From positions 4,650,001-4,714,000 of the forward strand of contig JAWMAR010000167.1 in NCBI GenBank assembly GCA_036785375.1: a stretch of DNA of 64,000 nt, given 5' to 3'. Below are positions 1 through 14,093 of this stretch, in pieces. The notes under the pieces were generated by a model. The model saw only the letters and a program-made list of their open reading frames with translations. It was not told the origin of the DNA and did no database searches. The position numbers were made by a program, and so were the translations under genes. The stretch comes from Leucoraja ocellata. Its lineage: Eukaryota. Every line of letters starts with the position of its first letter. Position 1 is the first letter of the stretch.

Positions 1-1222
1 GATCGCTGGTCGGCGCTGGTCGGCGCAGCCATATCTCTAAAATTGAAAACTAAAAAATTCAATTTCTCTTCCCACAGGTGTGGACTGACCCGCTGAGTAT
101 TGGCAGCATTTTCTCTTTTTATTTTACATTCCCAGAACCCGCAGTTCTTTTTCATTTTCATTGCTTTTAAAATTGCCTCTAACAAAATATATAAATATTT
201 TTTTATTTCCTTGAATCACAAAACTGCAGCAAATAGGGAGGTTGCAGCTCCAGCATTATAAGAACCCTTGGCAATGAAATGTATTTGTCAAGGCCAAGCA
301 GTTGATTAGAGTGCATTTAGCACCATGTTAACAAAATGATGACAGAAAGCGTGTCTTTAAGTGGAGGGTCAGTGTGATTTACATTGTTTTTCACTCAGTC
401 TAGGACGGAATACTGAAGTGCTGTGATCCACATACAGAGAAAACCAAGGGCAACTTCCTAAATGCCAGCGAGATGAATTTAATAGGAAGTGCAGCATCTT
501 TCAGAATGTCATATGGAGCGAATGTAATATATTACCTCTCGGCGTAGGTTTGATATATTTTCGTTCTTTAGATGTAGCTACAATTTAATAGACAAGAAGT
601 AGGAATATGAGCAAAAAAAATTTAATACAGCATGATCAGCAAGGTTTCAACTCTTACTAACCAATTGAAGTCTACCCCATATCTATAACTCATTTTGTTT
701 TATAGGCCATTAGGATCTCCAGAGAAGGGCTGCATGGAGACTGCTGCTTTTTGTTGAAATTAAAATGTCAAAGAAAAAGAAATAGAACAAAACAGGGAAT
801 CTGCAATTAATTACATGCCCATAAAAATTCAATAATCAGAAGTCTGTGCAGCTTCAAGTCTGGCTCTATCTGATTCTGGCTAACAGGAAGGGAATACATT
901 CATCTTTTCAAATTAGTTTTTTAATCTAACTTGAATATACTGATAAGACCTTTCACCATTTGTCCAATGTTCCTGTCTAACATGTTCAACATAAACTGTG
1001 TAAAATTTCTGATCGGGAGCGCAAGAGTTCCGCGTGTCATTTGGGCTTCGAAAGTGAATGCCTACCAAACCCATGGAGGAGAGACTTTATTCATGGGATC
1101 GTTTGTGGACCTCACATGTGTGGAAGTGGATAAACCAAGGATCTCAGCCAGTGACCAAGGGTCCCGACCCTGAACATTGCCTATTCGCCTCCTGCACAAA
1201 TGCTGCCAGACCCGCTGAGTTA

Positions 1223-1438
1223 TGCCCCCGTCCCACTTAGGAAACCTGAACGGAAACCTCTGTAGACTTTGTGCCCCACCCAAGGTTTCCGTGCGGATCC
1301 CGGAGGTTGCAGGTGGCTGCAGGTAGTGGAAGCAGGTAGGGAGACTGACAAAAACCTCCGGGAACCTGATGGAAACCTTGGGTGGGGCACAAAGTCTCCA
1401 GAGGTTTACGTTCAGGTTTCCTAAGTGGGACAGGGGCA
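1223..1438. mobile_element. PIF/Harbinger-type MITE, subfamily A
   Basis: Long TIRs (tgcccccgtcccacttaggaaacctgaacg / cgttcaggtttcctaagtgggacaggggca) and a TTA target-site duplication at 1220-22 and 1439-41. Confidence 0.8.
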
Positions 1439-1957
1439 TTAATCTTGAACCCAATCAGTGAGTTCCCTGATATTCTGCCACCATTGTCATTTTAAAGGCC
1501 CTCTTTTCAAGACAGGTTAGTTCCCCTGGTTGACATCCATTGCTTGAAACAATGATTCAGAAACTAGTTAAAATGTGTAACTCAACGGGTCAGGCAGCAT
1601 CTCTGGAGAATTTGTGGAGAACATGGATCAATGCATGGAGCATTTCACAGTGCTCAGCCTCATCAATAGGGTTCCCCGTCAAAGTTAACATCTCAATATT
1701 CTGCAGCAGGACTCAGCTGCAACCTTAGCCCATAATTGGAACTTGGCACAGTTCTTTCGCCTTACCATGACCGCAAGCCACAAGTGGCCATTGTCCCAAT
1801 GCCTGCAGATCCATCATACCTAAAATCCAGGCTGCTCCAGGGTATGACAGTGCAGCTCTTGGGTCTCTGAAATCAAAGGGCCACAAAGGTTAGGCATTGA
1901 TACAGAAAGGGCAGGTTAGTGGGTGTGTACACACTTACACTCTCTGCAAACGGTGAG

Positions 1958-2263
1958 TCAGAGAGTCAAGGGCTGCTCTCACCCCAACCATGGACTGTTT
2001 ACCCTCCTACCATCCGGGAGGCGCTACAGGTCTCTCCGTTGCCGAACCAGCAGGTCGAGGAACAGCTTCTTCCTGGCGGCTGTCACTCTACTCAACAACG
2101 TACCTCAGTGACTGCCAATCACCACCCCCCCCCCGGCCACTTATTATTATTTATTCAAATCATTTGCTATGTCGCTCTTCCAGGGAGATGCTAAATGCAT
2201 TTCGTTGTCTCTGTACTGTACACTGACAATGACAATTAAAATTAAATCTGAATCTGAATCTGA
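1958..2263 (+). mobile_element. Rex1/Babar-type LINE 3' end
   Basis: HPNHGLFTLLPSGRRYRSLRCRTSRSRNSFF..AVTLLN, ending in (aatctg)n. Confidence 0.75.
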
Positions 2264-4587
2264 AGGTGTGCCCTGTGAAGGGGATGTGAGATGTGGAGAT
2301 ACTGACTCCACCATTGAGCGTTGGTGTCCCAATGATAGTCAATACTTGCCCCTCAGGGTAAGGATGTGTGGATTTGCTACACTTTCTCAGGGTCTTGGCC
2401 ACAATATCTAAAGAGTGAGCCCCAGCAACCTGTTAGAATGACCTAGCTCCTGCAGTTGAATAGCTGGCAGCGTGCACAAGCCAAGAGGTGTGGGGTTAGG
2501 CTTGCAGCTACAATAAGTGTACGTTGGTGCAATGAAGCATATGAATATGACAACTAACTGTTTGCGATTGCTGGTAGTAAGTAGTTAGCATGCAGTGGAT
2601 TGGGAAAGACCAGGGGCTATGTTTGGAGTTGATAGAAGATGGAATTTGAAGTTGCATTCACTGACCTTGCCCACTGGTGTGAGATCATTGAGTTCCTTAC
2701 GATGTTGCATCCTGGACCTCAGGGCTTGACTCCTGCTTTGACTTCCGTGGCTATCTGCTTGCACCGCTGCCAGATTGTGAGCTTGGAGCATCTCTGCCAA
2801 TATGGGACATCACAACTGCTTTCCCCCTCCTCCACCAAACTTCCCGTTGCAGCATCCTAAAGCCGTGGAGCTTCTCACTGCTACTTTGTCCCGTTCTTCA
2901 AGAACCTTCCAGCTCATCCTTGGTATTCCACATGTGTGATGTCCAAGCTAGTGCGAAGAAATATTCACAAGATTTATCTGTGGCAAACCAGTCATGATCA
3001 TTGTCAATGAATTCAATCAGACAGCAGTGTGGTTGCAGTTATTAGAAAGCATGAAGTTGGCAAGATGTCTACACCCTCTGACCCATCATTGGTTTCTTCT
3101 GTGCCATGATCCTATGCATCATCACATGGTCTTTAAACAAGACCAGAAACTAACGGTATCTGGTGCGGATCTACGCTGTCTATGTTGTATGATGTGTAGA
3201 TGAGATGGAGGTTTTGTGTGGGGCCTGGATAAATCTTCACCGATCAAAGCTGTAAAGCTAACACCACATCTCACAGCTCACACACAATGCCACCTATTTA
3301 ACCAATCAAATATGCTGTATGATACTCACTAACTCACTTTTCTCGCTCCCAACTGCACGTTGAGAATAACTTACAGTGCCCAATTAACTTATCAACCCAC
3401 GTGTCTCTGGGATGTAGGGGGAAAAAGAATCCTATGAAGTCACTGGGAGAATGTACAAACTCCACATTGACAGCATCTAAAGTCAGCATCAAATCTTGGT
3501 TGCCGGGGCTATGAAGCAGCAGTACTAACTGCTATCCCTCTGAGCAACAGGATGGAGTAACCCCGATTAGAGGAAGTGGATCAATACCATGTTTAAACCC
3601 TGATAGTGAAGATGGTAGAAGCCAATTGTCAATGGTAATGTTGGAAGCATCAAAGATGACCATATCATCACCCTTAAACAGCTTCCTCATAATACACCTA
3701 CCTTAACATGCACCTCATCACCTTATCACATGCACCTTCTAACTTATCAGCGCCCGCAGTCTAAGTGAGGAGATCTTTTCTGCCCACTGGTTGAATCTTT
3801 GTGCATTAACAGTATTCATCACGGAGATTTGATGAAGGCAGTTGTCTCCCACATTGGCTGAAAGCCAAGTTGACACTGGCTGTAAAGTTCAAAGTTGATT
3901 CTATTGGAATTCTATTTATGAATGTGCAGAGCTGACATGGATAAAACTACCAACAATCAGGTAAACCAAAAATAGTGAGCAGTGATTTCTAAACAATGGT
4001 GAAAACAGGCACCTGCCTCCCAAACTGTGGAACAGAAATAATTTCTCTGCCCGAGAGGCCAAGATGTTAACTCTGTTTCCTGACATTATCACGAGTTACT
4101 CATGTGGAGCTCATCGTGAGTCTTGCCAAATTGGATGAATTGTACGGATTCTGGGAACAAATGCCTCCCTGTTGCTCTCCTGGCACCCAGACATAACGAA
4201 CCCACAGGCTGTGTAGGTGGTCTAGAGATCAAATATTCAATCATTAATATGTTTGACTTCTGCGGTTTTGTTTTATCAAACAGTGTCGTTTTAAAAGAAA
4301 TGCAGTAACAGAGACTCTATGAATCTTTGAAAGGTGCTAAAAGGCATATAGGATTCATGGCTTTGCAACACAAGATTACAAAAATCTAGCAAGTTTTGAT
4401 AAGCTTTACAAAACTTTGGATAGGTCCCAGCTGTATTGCAGTCAATTCCAGGAAGCACATTTTAAGAAGTATGTCAGAGAAAATGCGGAAGAGATTTACG
4501 AGGACTGGAGAAACTGAGAATCTTTCAAATTGGGAACTTTAAAAAGATTTGCAGGAAGAGACCAAAATTGTCAAAGGTTTTTATAGA

Positions 4588-4918
4588 GTAAGTTATAGTT
4601 AGAGTCATAGAATGATATAGTGTGGAAACAGGCCCTTCAGCCAAACTTGCCCATACCAGCCAACATGTCCCAGCTACACTAGTCCCACCTGCCTCCGTTT
4701 GGTCCATATCCCTACAAAATTGTCCTGTCCATGTACCTGTCCAAATGTCTCTCAAACTTTGCAATAGTACCTGCTTCAACTACCTCCTCTGTCAGTTCGT
4801 TCCATACACCCACCACCCTTTGTGTGAAAAAATTACCCCGCAGATTCCTATTAAATCATTTACCCTTCAGCTTAAACCTATATCCTCAGGTCCTTGATTC
4901 CCCCATTCTGGGCAAGAG
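4588..4918 (-). mobile_element. CR1 LINE 3' end
   Basis: Reverse-strand FTQRVV-type motif and gaagggcctgtttcc tail. Confidence 0.75.
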
Positions 4919-6415
4919 ACTCGAGCTGTGGTAAAGGACACCGCTCTGGGAAGAAGGATCACTCTCCTGAAGAAATATTTTCACTAAATATTTAATGTAT
5001 CCATGATTTCCCTGTATTAACAAGGTGATCACTATTCAAAAGGTTGTATGTGATAGGTGTAGAATTAGGCCATTCGGCCCATCAAGTCTACTCCGCCATT
5101 CAATCATGGCTGATCTATCTCTCCCTCCTAACCCCATTCTCCTGCCTTCTTCCGTTCGATGTATAGAACATTACAATGTCTAAAAAAGGGTTTTGACCTG
5201 AAACGTCACCTATTCCTTTTCTCCAGAGATGTTGTCTGACCCACTGAGTTACTCCAGCCCCTTGTGTGTATATCTTTGGTTTAAACCAGCATCAGCTGTT
5301 CCTTCCGACACAATAAATATCACCGGCTTACCTATCTGAGATTAAAACATATTTTAAGATCTCTTCCTTAAATATAACTCTGTGCATTCATTTCACCGGA
5401 TAAAACACCTTTACAACAGCAGCCTATTGGTACTTTCTGCAATTTCCTTCTTCACTGCACCAAAGAAATTCCAGATAAGAAAGTTAACTTCTAACACCTT
5501 CACAGCATGGAACATGAAACAACAAGTCATGAACAGTCTGTCTACTCTGTGAGATTCAGAAGATTAGTGAGCAGCCATTTCTATCCATTATTTAGCATGA
5601 AATGATAACTGGAACTTGACTCAACATTGTAAGTCAGAAGTTCCAAAGACCTACCACAGTACTGCCTCATATGCCCGAGTACCATAATGTTATGGATGTG
5701 AAATAAGATCGCAGAGGTCAACATTTCAAATCCCTCCCTAACAAGTCGTGAAATTGAATTCAATAATTCTGATAATTTACGGGTTGACATCTGGGGATAT
5801 GTCCATGCTGAATTGCTGTAAAAACAAAAATGGTTTACTAATCTGCTCCAGGTAAGAGAATCTGTCACCTTTCTCTGACCTCGACTACATATCATTCTAA
5901 CCATCTTATGAGATTGACCCTTAACAAATGGGTCCAGTGCAGGATGGCAGCTTTTAACCATCATCTTGTGGCAATAAATACAGCCACATCAGCCTCTCCT
6001 CATTCCAAGGTCACATCAGTAAAGAAGGATCTTGTATAATTTGGTTCTTACATGCTTCCAGACATTTCTTCACAAACAGAGAGGCTCATCAGTGTAACTA
6101 GCATTATCACAGATGTTACCTCGAAATTTATTCCGAATCAGTGGCAGTAAACATGTGAGTGGTGCGCTGTACTTTGTCTCCTGAACTCATTCTTTTTTCA
6201 ATTAAATTCAATTATTAGTTAATTTTGTCGACTTCAATGTTAATGATCTTCAGAGGAAATTGACAGCAAACAGAAGAAGTGTCTAGGAAAGAACTGCAGA
6301 TGCTGGTTTAAATCGGAGGTGGACACAAAATGCTGGAGTAACTCAGAAGAAAGGTCTCGACCCGAAGCGTCACCCATTCCTTCTGTCCAGGGATGCTGCC
6401 TGTCCCGCTGAGTTA

Positions 6416-6631
6416 GGCCCCTGTCCCACTTAGGAAGCCTGAACGGAAACCTCTGGAGACTTTGAGCCCCACCCAAGGTTTCCGTGCGGTTCCCGGAGGT
6501 TGCAGGTGGTTGCCGGAGGTTGCAGGTAGTGGAAGCAGGCAGGGAGACTGACAAAAACCTCCAGGAACCGCACGGAAACCTTGGGTGGGGCACAAAGTTT
6601 CCGTTCAGGTTTCCTAAGTGGGACAGGCCCT
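6416..6631. mobile_element. PIF/Harbinger-type MITE, subfamily A (second copy)
   Basis: Same internal sequence and TIRs as 1223-1438; TTA TSD at 6413-15 and 6632-34. Removing it restores the host ccgctgagttactccagc. Confidence 0.85.
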
Positions 6632-7542
6632 TTACTCCAGCATCTTGTGTCTACCAGCCAGAAAACATTAGAAACTGCATATAGCAGGGAGCAAATACAA
6701 GGCAACAGTGTTCTGTCCCTGGTAAGTGTCCAAAGCAAACAGAGATATTGGTTACATTTAATTCAACCAACATCAGAATACCAAAATTGTCCCTGGCTGT
6801 TGGAATGATCAGGCGTTGGCAATGTTTTTGTGCAAATAACATTGCATCTAGAACATGTTTTAGAAAACCGCAGTTGCATTTGGTAATCACATCAAATAGC
6901 TATCATAGAATCATAGACGTATTTAGCACGAAATCGGAGGAACAGCCCCTCACATCCACGTGGGCACCTTACACCCTAACGACAAGAACATTGAATTCAC
7001 CCATATTAAGTAACTAACCAACAACAACCCCTTCCCACTTTTTTCACTGTGCCCCACCTGGATGCACACCCACTAGCCCCCCCCCCCCCCCCCCTACTTC
7101 CTCACCCCCTTCCATCCATATCCCTTCATCCACCTTTACATTTCACCCCTCTTCTCTTCTTCTTTCATGAGCTTTTGCCTTCTTCCCATCTCTGGCCTTT
7201 GTCAATCCATCTGCCAGTCAGAAACTCCTTTACCTGTCTCTACTTATTACTTGCCTGGTTTTGCCCGCCCCCACCTGTTTTCACCCCCCTACTACAATTG
7301 GTCTGAAGGTGGGTCCCGACCCGAAAAGTAGCCTGTTGATGTTCTCCAGAGTTACGTCAGCACTTAGTGTCCTTTTTCCATGCCGACCTAGTTCCTAAGC
7401 TGAGCTAGTCGTACTTGCTGGCACCTGGCACATAACCTTCCAAATCATTCCAATCCAGTATCAGTCTTAGTGTCTTTTACATGTCATAATTGTAACTATC
7501 TCGACCATTTCCCCTGGCAGCTCGTAGCATGTACATGCTATC

Positions 7543-7806
7543 AATAGACAATAGACAATAGGTGCAGGAGGAGGCCATTCTGTCCTTCCACCCAGCACCG
7601 CCATTCAATGTGATCATGGCTGATCATCCCCAATCAGTACCCCGTTCCTGCCTTCTCCCCATATCCCCTGACTCCACTATTTTTAAGAGCCCTATCTAGC
7701 TCTCTCTTGAAAGCATCCAGAGAAGCTGCCTCCACCACCCTCTGAGGCAGAGAATTCCACAGACTCACCACTCTCTGTGTGAAAAAGTGTTTACTCGTCT
7801 CCGTTC
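7543..7806 (-). mobile_element. CR1/HER1 LINE 3' end
   Basis: Reverse-complement match to 8860-9110; tail (caataga)n on the + strand. Confidence 0.85.
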
Positions 7807-8642
7807 ATATTTTCAAATCTGTTTTCCTTAAGGAAGCAATTGTGGACAAGTTAATGGCACAGAAATAGTCTCTGATTTCCCAAAATGCTTTGTAGGTGAA
7901 GCATCAGTGAGGCCTTGTTACTCACAGAATCCATGGAATCTCAGTTTAAAATCTTTGGTTTCAGGGATAATAGGATTGGCAGCAACAAACACTCAAGCGT
8001 TCTTCTATATTCGTACATAAAGGTTTTATTGTTTAAAATCATCAAAGGTAGCATATGCAAAATGACTTACAGGCTTCCTCCACCATTTCTCTGGGTACTG
8101 GCACAGTCAGCAATTTGTCTACATCATAAATTTGGCTTGTAAGCCAAAAACAATTCTGTGGACGACATTCCAGTTGATCAGTTTATTGTCTGCACCCAGC
8201 AAACTTCAGCAAAATGGAAAGCAAGTTATTTGCCATGTTCAGTTTGGAGAAAGGACTGTTTTAATCATATTTTTTTACTGAGCCAACTCAGTAAAATCGC
8301 AGAAGTCTATTTATGTTCCTGCTGTTTTAAGGACAAGGAGAAGTATAGGATATTACAGTGATGATGTAAACATTGATTCTCACTACCATTTTGTGAAGGT
8401 AAAAGGCTCATAACTCACAAGAGCTGTAAGCATAAGTGAGTTATGAAGGATCTCTTTTCATGAGTGACAGGACAATTGGAACAAATCATCATTTGTGCCG
8501 TGCTCAATGCGTAGTGTGAGGCTGTGTATAATATTACCCCGGTTAGTTGCTGTGTGGCTCCAATGAAAGACCGAGGGAACTGGAGCAAGGACAGGAGCAT
8601 CATTAAAGTGCAAACAGCTAACAATGGCCTGTTTCCTTTATC

Positions 8643-9110
8643 AGCGGGACTGTCATATGAGGAAAGATTGAAAAGACTAGGCTTGTATTCACTGGAGTTT
8701 AGAAGGATGGGGGGGGGGGGGGATCTTATAGAAACATATTAAATTATAAAAGGACTGGACAAGCTAGATGCAGGAAAAATGTTCCCAATGTTGGGCGAGT
8801 CCAGAACCAGGGGCCACAGTCTTAGAATAAAGGGGAGGTCATTTAAGGCTGAGGTGAGAAAAATATTATTCACCCAGAGAGTTGTGAATTTATGGAATTC
8901 CCTGCCACAGAGGGCAGTGGAGGCCAAGTCACTGGATGGATTTAAGAGAGAGTTAGATAGAGCTCTAGGGGCTAGTGGAGTCAAGGGATATGGGGAGAAG
9001 GCAGGCACGGTTTATTGATAGAGGACGATCAGCCATGATCACAATGAATGGCGGTGCTAGCTCGAAGGGCCGAATGGCCTCCTCCTGCACCTATTATCTA
9101 TGTTTCTATT
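8643..9110 (+). mobile_element. CR1/HER1 LINE 3' end
   Basis: GLSYEERLKRLGLYSLEFRR...SRTRGHSLRIKG...FTQRVVNLWNSLP; frameshifted at a poly-G run; family 3' tail follows. Confidence 0.9.
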
Positions 9111-9327
9111 GTTACTTTTTTGCATATCTTTCATTCATTGTTCTTTATCTCTCTACATCATCGCCTATATCTCTCCTTTCCCTTATCCCTAGCCAGTCTG
9201 AAGAAGGGTCTCGACCCGAAATGTCACCCATTCCTTCTCTCCAGAGATGCTGCCTGTCCCGCTGAGATACTCCAGCTTTTTGTGTCTATCTTCGGTTTAA
9301 ACCAGCATCTGCAGTTCCTTCCTACAC
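9110..9327 (+). mobile_element. Penelope pseudo-LTR with minimal hammerhead core (9198-9225)
   Basis: CTGAAGA-agggtc-tc-gaccc-GAAATGTC followed by the family tail ...ccagcatctgcagttccttcctacac. Confidence 0.7.
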
Positions 9328-10263
9328 CATTGAAGTGCAACTTTGCAACGTGAAAGATGAGACATTTAGTTATTTTCTGATCACTCTTTTACCATCATTA
9401 ACATCAGGTTTTATCAGGAGCATATTTTATATCTTCAATGCGACGTATTATTGCTGCTGATAATGTTGAATTTGATATCATGTTATTCTAGCTGGGTAGA
9501 TTCCACTGCCAACTCACATTAATGTACATTGCATTTGCTGGATTCCACCTTTTTATTATTTTGAAGAATTTATTGGTATTCCAGCAATCCATAGCTTTTA
9601 CTGGCAGTCACATTTAGTACTACATAACCAACTGATCAGACAGTAAGTGTCCTACCGTTTGTGAATTAATAAACCTAATTTAAACTTATCTACAAAGAAT
9701 GACACAAAGTGCAGAAGTAACTCAGCAGGTCAGGCAACATCTCTGGAGGACATGGATAGCTGACGTTTCGGGTCACCTATCCATGTTCTCCAGAGCTGCT
9801 GCCTGACTCACTTTGTGCATTAACCAGCATCTGTAGTTTGTTGTTTCTACATTTTATCTGCAAATAATGTTTTTACTGGCTTGAAAGTGGGGGCTCGAAC
9901 ATCACCAAGATTTATAAGGTCCTGTCTCTGTGGTTTTGTATTTCATTGAACATTGTAGATTAAGTCTTCGTGATGGGCTGCAGTTAGATTCTGTAAAAGC
10001 CAACGAAAGAAAGATGAAGAATCTGATACTGTGAAATTGTTCATTGATTATACATTTAAAATATGTTTCTACAAGTACATTGATTTAGGGGGATATGGAT
10101 TGTTGTGAGGCAAATGAAACTTTCACGCTACTTGTAATACATAACTTCAAAGCGTCTGGAAAATATCGCTGATTCCGCAGGCCTTGCCGGCCCGAGACCC
10201 CGCACATGCGCACACTCTGGAAAGGCCCTGCATATGCGCACACTTCAAACAAGGACATATGAG

Positions 10264-10530
10264 GCCAGAAACCTGGTTCGATCCCGACTACGGGCGCTGT
10301 CTGTACAGAGTTTGTACTTTCTCCCCATGACCACGTGGGTTTTCTCCGAGATCTTTGGTTCCCTCCCAACTCCAAAGGCGTACAGGTTTGTAGGTTAATT
10401 GGCTTGGTATGAATGTGAAATTGTCCCTGGTGTGTGTACGATAGTGTTGGTGTGTGGGGATGGCTGGTCAGTGCGGACTCGGTGGGCCGAAGGGCCTGTT
10501 TCCGTGCTGTATCTCTAAACTAAACTAAAC
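10264..10530 (+). mobile_element. HE1-type tRNA SINE
   Basis: B box ggttcgatccc, conserved core ggagtttgtac.ttctcccc, CR1-derived tail and (ctaaa)n. Confidence 0.85.
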
Positions 10531-10894
10531 TTTGTCCCTTTGTTCCTGTATTCTGCCAGCACATTAACACATCGCCATCCTGATCTTAACACCTTGGTGA
10601 GTTGCTTCAGTGAAGTAGATCAGGTGCTTTAAGACCACACAGAGGCAGCATAGAGAAACCATTCAATAACTTCAAACCATTGTGTGTGTCCATTTCTCCA
10701 CTTGATGGCAGCACTGAATATTGCTGCCAGTTCACTTTTTTCCAAGAAACGTCAGCCAAATTTTTATAGTTGCAATATCAGATAAACGGATCTGAGTCTC
10801 GAATCACATGTTCCTGGTAGGTTTATTTACGAGGTTTTCACCATTTCTATCATCCACTCTGTTCTCGTCAAAAAGGCTTCACATTTCCGTGTCT

Positions 10895-11054
10895 TTAGTT
10901 TAGTGAAGTTTAGAGACACAGCAAGAAAACCCACGCAGGTCACGGGGAGAACGTACAAACTCCGTACAGACAGCACCCGTAGTCAGGATCGTACCAGGGT
11001 CTCTGGCGCTGCAAGCGCTGTAAGGCAGCAACTCAACCACTGCGCCACCGTGCC
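10895..11054 (-). mobile_element. HE1-type SINE, internally deleted
   Basis: Intact tRNA head fused almost directly to the tail. Confidence 0.75.
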
Positions 11055-11099
11055 GGCCATATTGATATTGATAGAAAAAAATGAATTCATAAATCAGAG

Positions 11100-11610
11100 T
11101 TGTATAGAAAATATGGAACAGTACAACCCAAGACGAGGTACTTTGGCTCACAGCATCCATGCGAAACATGATGCCAAACTCCTATGTTTGGTCATGATCC
11201 ATTCACTGCATATCCATGTGGCCTATTCAAAAGCCATTTAGATGCTATTATCATATCTGACTCCACTATCATCCCTAGCAGCATGTTGCAGGCACCCAAC
11301 ATTCTCGGTATAAAAAGCTTGCCTGCAGACATCTCCTTTAAACTTTGCCCCTCTCACCTTCAACCAATGCCCTCTAGTCTTGGATATTTTCACCCAAGAC
11401 CTAACTGTCCACCTCATGCCTTTCATAAATTTATATACTTCAATCTGGTCTCCCCTCAACCTCCGATGCTCCAGTGAAAACAATCTAAGTTTGTCCAACC
11501 TCTCCCTGTAACTAATGCCCTCTAATCTAGGCAGTATTCAGGTAAATCTCTTCCGCACCCTCTCCAAATTCTCCACATCCTTCCTGTAATAGCGCTGTCT
11601 GAAATTCACA
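11100..11610 (-). mobile_element. CR1 LINE 3' fragment, degraded
   Basis: ORF 11238-11498 LRLFSLEHRRLRGDQIEVYK...TRGHWLKVRG. Confidence 0.8.
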
Positions 11611-11835
11611 CCCGCGATGAACAGGAAGGTAAAAGACAGCTGCACAGAGTAAGGCAAGTCCTTTAGAGAGTGCGGGGGGAGACAAGGGGAGAGAAGGGGG
11701 GAGAAGGGGAAGGGAGAAGGAGTGGAGACAACTTGTAATAAAGTTTAGCGGGCATTTATTACCGTTCAGTTTTCCTTGGTCCTGAAAACTCCAATGTGAC
11801 AATTAAAATGCCCGGTCAGCAAAGGAGATTGTCTA

Positions 11836-12107
11836 TGGCTGTCCTCGACTGCCTATAACTACATAGCGACCCCACTCCACTGCACTATGAGTTCAAAAGA
11901 ACCATGCCGACCCATTTTTACTTGGGGAAAATTTTCAACATGCTGAAGATTTTGCCTCGACCAAACTGAGGCCGTGAGTATGCGGGAACTTCCCTCAAGC
12001 TTGAAGGAGAGTTCCAGTGACCTCATAGGACCTCCTAGGACCACGTGTCGACCATGCTACAAGTTTGAGTCGAGGGCAGATTAGGTCGCCGCAGTGGGAC
12101 AGCCCCT
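11836..12107. mobile_element. Degenerate Harbinger-type MITE
   Basis: Right end agtgggacagcccct matches the family TIR; the left TIR is only partial. Confidence 0.45.
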
Positions 12108-13811
12108 GAAGGTTGTCACAGGATGTGTGAAAACCATCACTCATGCCATTGGGAATGTGACATTGGAATATCACCAATTGATCTCTGCTCACTGATCAGT
12201 AATGATGCTGCTTTAAATGCCATTTAAAGTTGCACTGCAATAACAAAATAGTAGCATAAATAAATCATGATTTGTAAAACAGGCGCAAATATAAATACTA
12301 CTTCAAATCCCACCACTAATTGATACACATGGTGACGTTATGCCATATCAAAGTAAAATGTTGTTAAATATCCCAAAAGCAGAGAAGAACTTAACATTAC
12401 AGCTTGTGGAGCTGCTGCTTCTTGGCACCAGCGACCTGTGTTCAATCCTAATCCTCAGGTGCTGTCTGTGTGGAGTTTGCAGGTTTTTCCAGTGACCAAG
12501 TAAGTTTCCTCTGGCCACTCAGGTTTCCTACCACTTGCCCCTAGAGCATAGAACCCAGGGGGAGTTGATGACAATGCGGCCTTCTGAGACAGGATGAGTA
12601 AAAATGGGTCAGTGCAGACTAGATGGGTGAAGGGCCTGTTTCTATGCTCTGCCTCTCGATGACTTTATTTGTTCCTCAAAGAATGCAGCTCTGCTGTTTA
12701 CATGCAACAGCTTCCTGTCGTTTTTCCAATTATTCATAAACATTGAACCTTCAACCACACAAATTATAACAAGATCTAAATGTAACTGTACCAGCTGGCA
12801 GCATTTGCATTTGAAACCATATTCATTTCATGCTAATTATGACATTTGATAAACACAAACATAATAATGTGAAATCACAAAAAATAATCAGAAAAAGAGT
12901 GGCCAACTCTTTCAGTGCCATAATATCCCATTTTTTTTGGCTGTAAAATCATACAAGGACACAATAAGTTACAGCTGCTTCAGTTCATTCAGTAGTTTGG
13001 AGGACAAGTTGCCAAAGACACCGCAGATTCATGTACCAAGTAAAACCGTTCTAGCCCAGAAAAAAAACAATTGGTTCTCATATTAGATCTTTGCTTGATT
13101 CTGATCCCAGACAAGGTGGAGATGGGGAAATGCCAGTGATCTCAGTCTCTGCAACTGGAGATAGAGAAAAGGACTGGCGAGATCTCCAGCCATGATGACC
13201 AAAGGAGCTGACTTTTCCTATGATTGAATAAATCAGCCTCTGTAGATGGAACACTGAGATTCCTATCCTTTTCCTCCAGAGATGCTGGGTGACCTGCTGA
13301 GTTACTCCAGCTCTTTGCGTCTATTTTTGGTATAAACTAGTATCTGCAGGTCTTTGTTCATATATACTGAGACATTGGAATTCTATTGATCATTTCAGCT
13401 CATATATAAAAACCAATGGCATATCACATTTCTTATATTTCATTTATAAATCATAGTAGGTCATATGGCCCATAAAGTTACAAACAACTCTTAGAGCAAA
13501 CCCAATTATCTCCCATATATTCTTGCAATCTTGTCTCTCAGATATTCAACGACTTCAGAAAACTAGAGAAACTAAAGAAAACCCATGTGGTTACATGGGC
13601 AATGTACAAACTCCACACAGCACCCAAAATCAGTATTGAACCTGGTCTGTTGAGACAATAACATAACCTGCTGTGGCACTGGGCCACCATCTTATGGAAA
13701 TTGTAAAAAGTGGAATATGGTGTATGTGTCTGACCTCCCCATTCCAAGGATGTCTTTGCAATAGGGGAGATGCAAGTAAGGTACATTAGGTGTAAGGATG
13801 TCCTTATGAGA

Positions 13812-14093
13812 AGACCGGGTTCGATCCTGACCTCAGGTGCTGTCTGTGTGGAGTTTGCACATTCTCCCTGTGACCACGTGGCTTTCTTACAGATGTGTCA
13901 GTTTCCTCCCACAGCCCAAAGACGTGTGGTTTTGTAGGTTAATTGGCCTCTGCAAATTGCCCCTAGTGTGTCGAGAGTGGATGCAAAAGTGAGATACCAT
14001 AGAACAAGTGTGAATGGGTGATCAATGGCCAGTGTACACTCAGTGGGCAGAAAGGCCTGTTTCCATGTCATATCTTTCAATCAATCAATCAAT
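13812..14093 (+). mobile_element. HE1-type SINE
   Basis: B box, core and tail (tcaa)n. Confidence 0.8.

Noticed and set aside
403-760. Possible + strand exon pair (about 403-543 with a GTAGGT donor; 706 onward after tttatag)
   Set aside because: The frames are open and splice-compatible, but no recognisable protein results in any frame; could be chance.
1062-1454. Similar ORFs at 1062-1454 and 6240-6738 suggesting a gene family
   Set aside because: They are translations of the same non-coding MITE.
5581-5964. 127-aa minus-strand ORF and a + strand CAG|GTAAGA donor near 5851
   Set aside because: No family motifs and no consistent exon chain.
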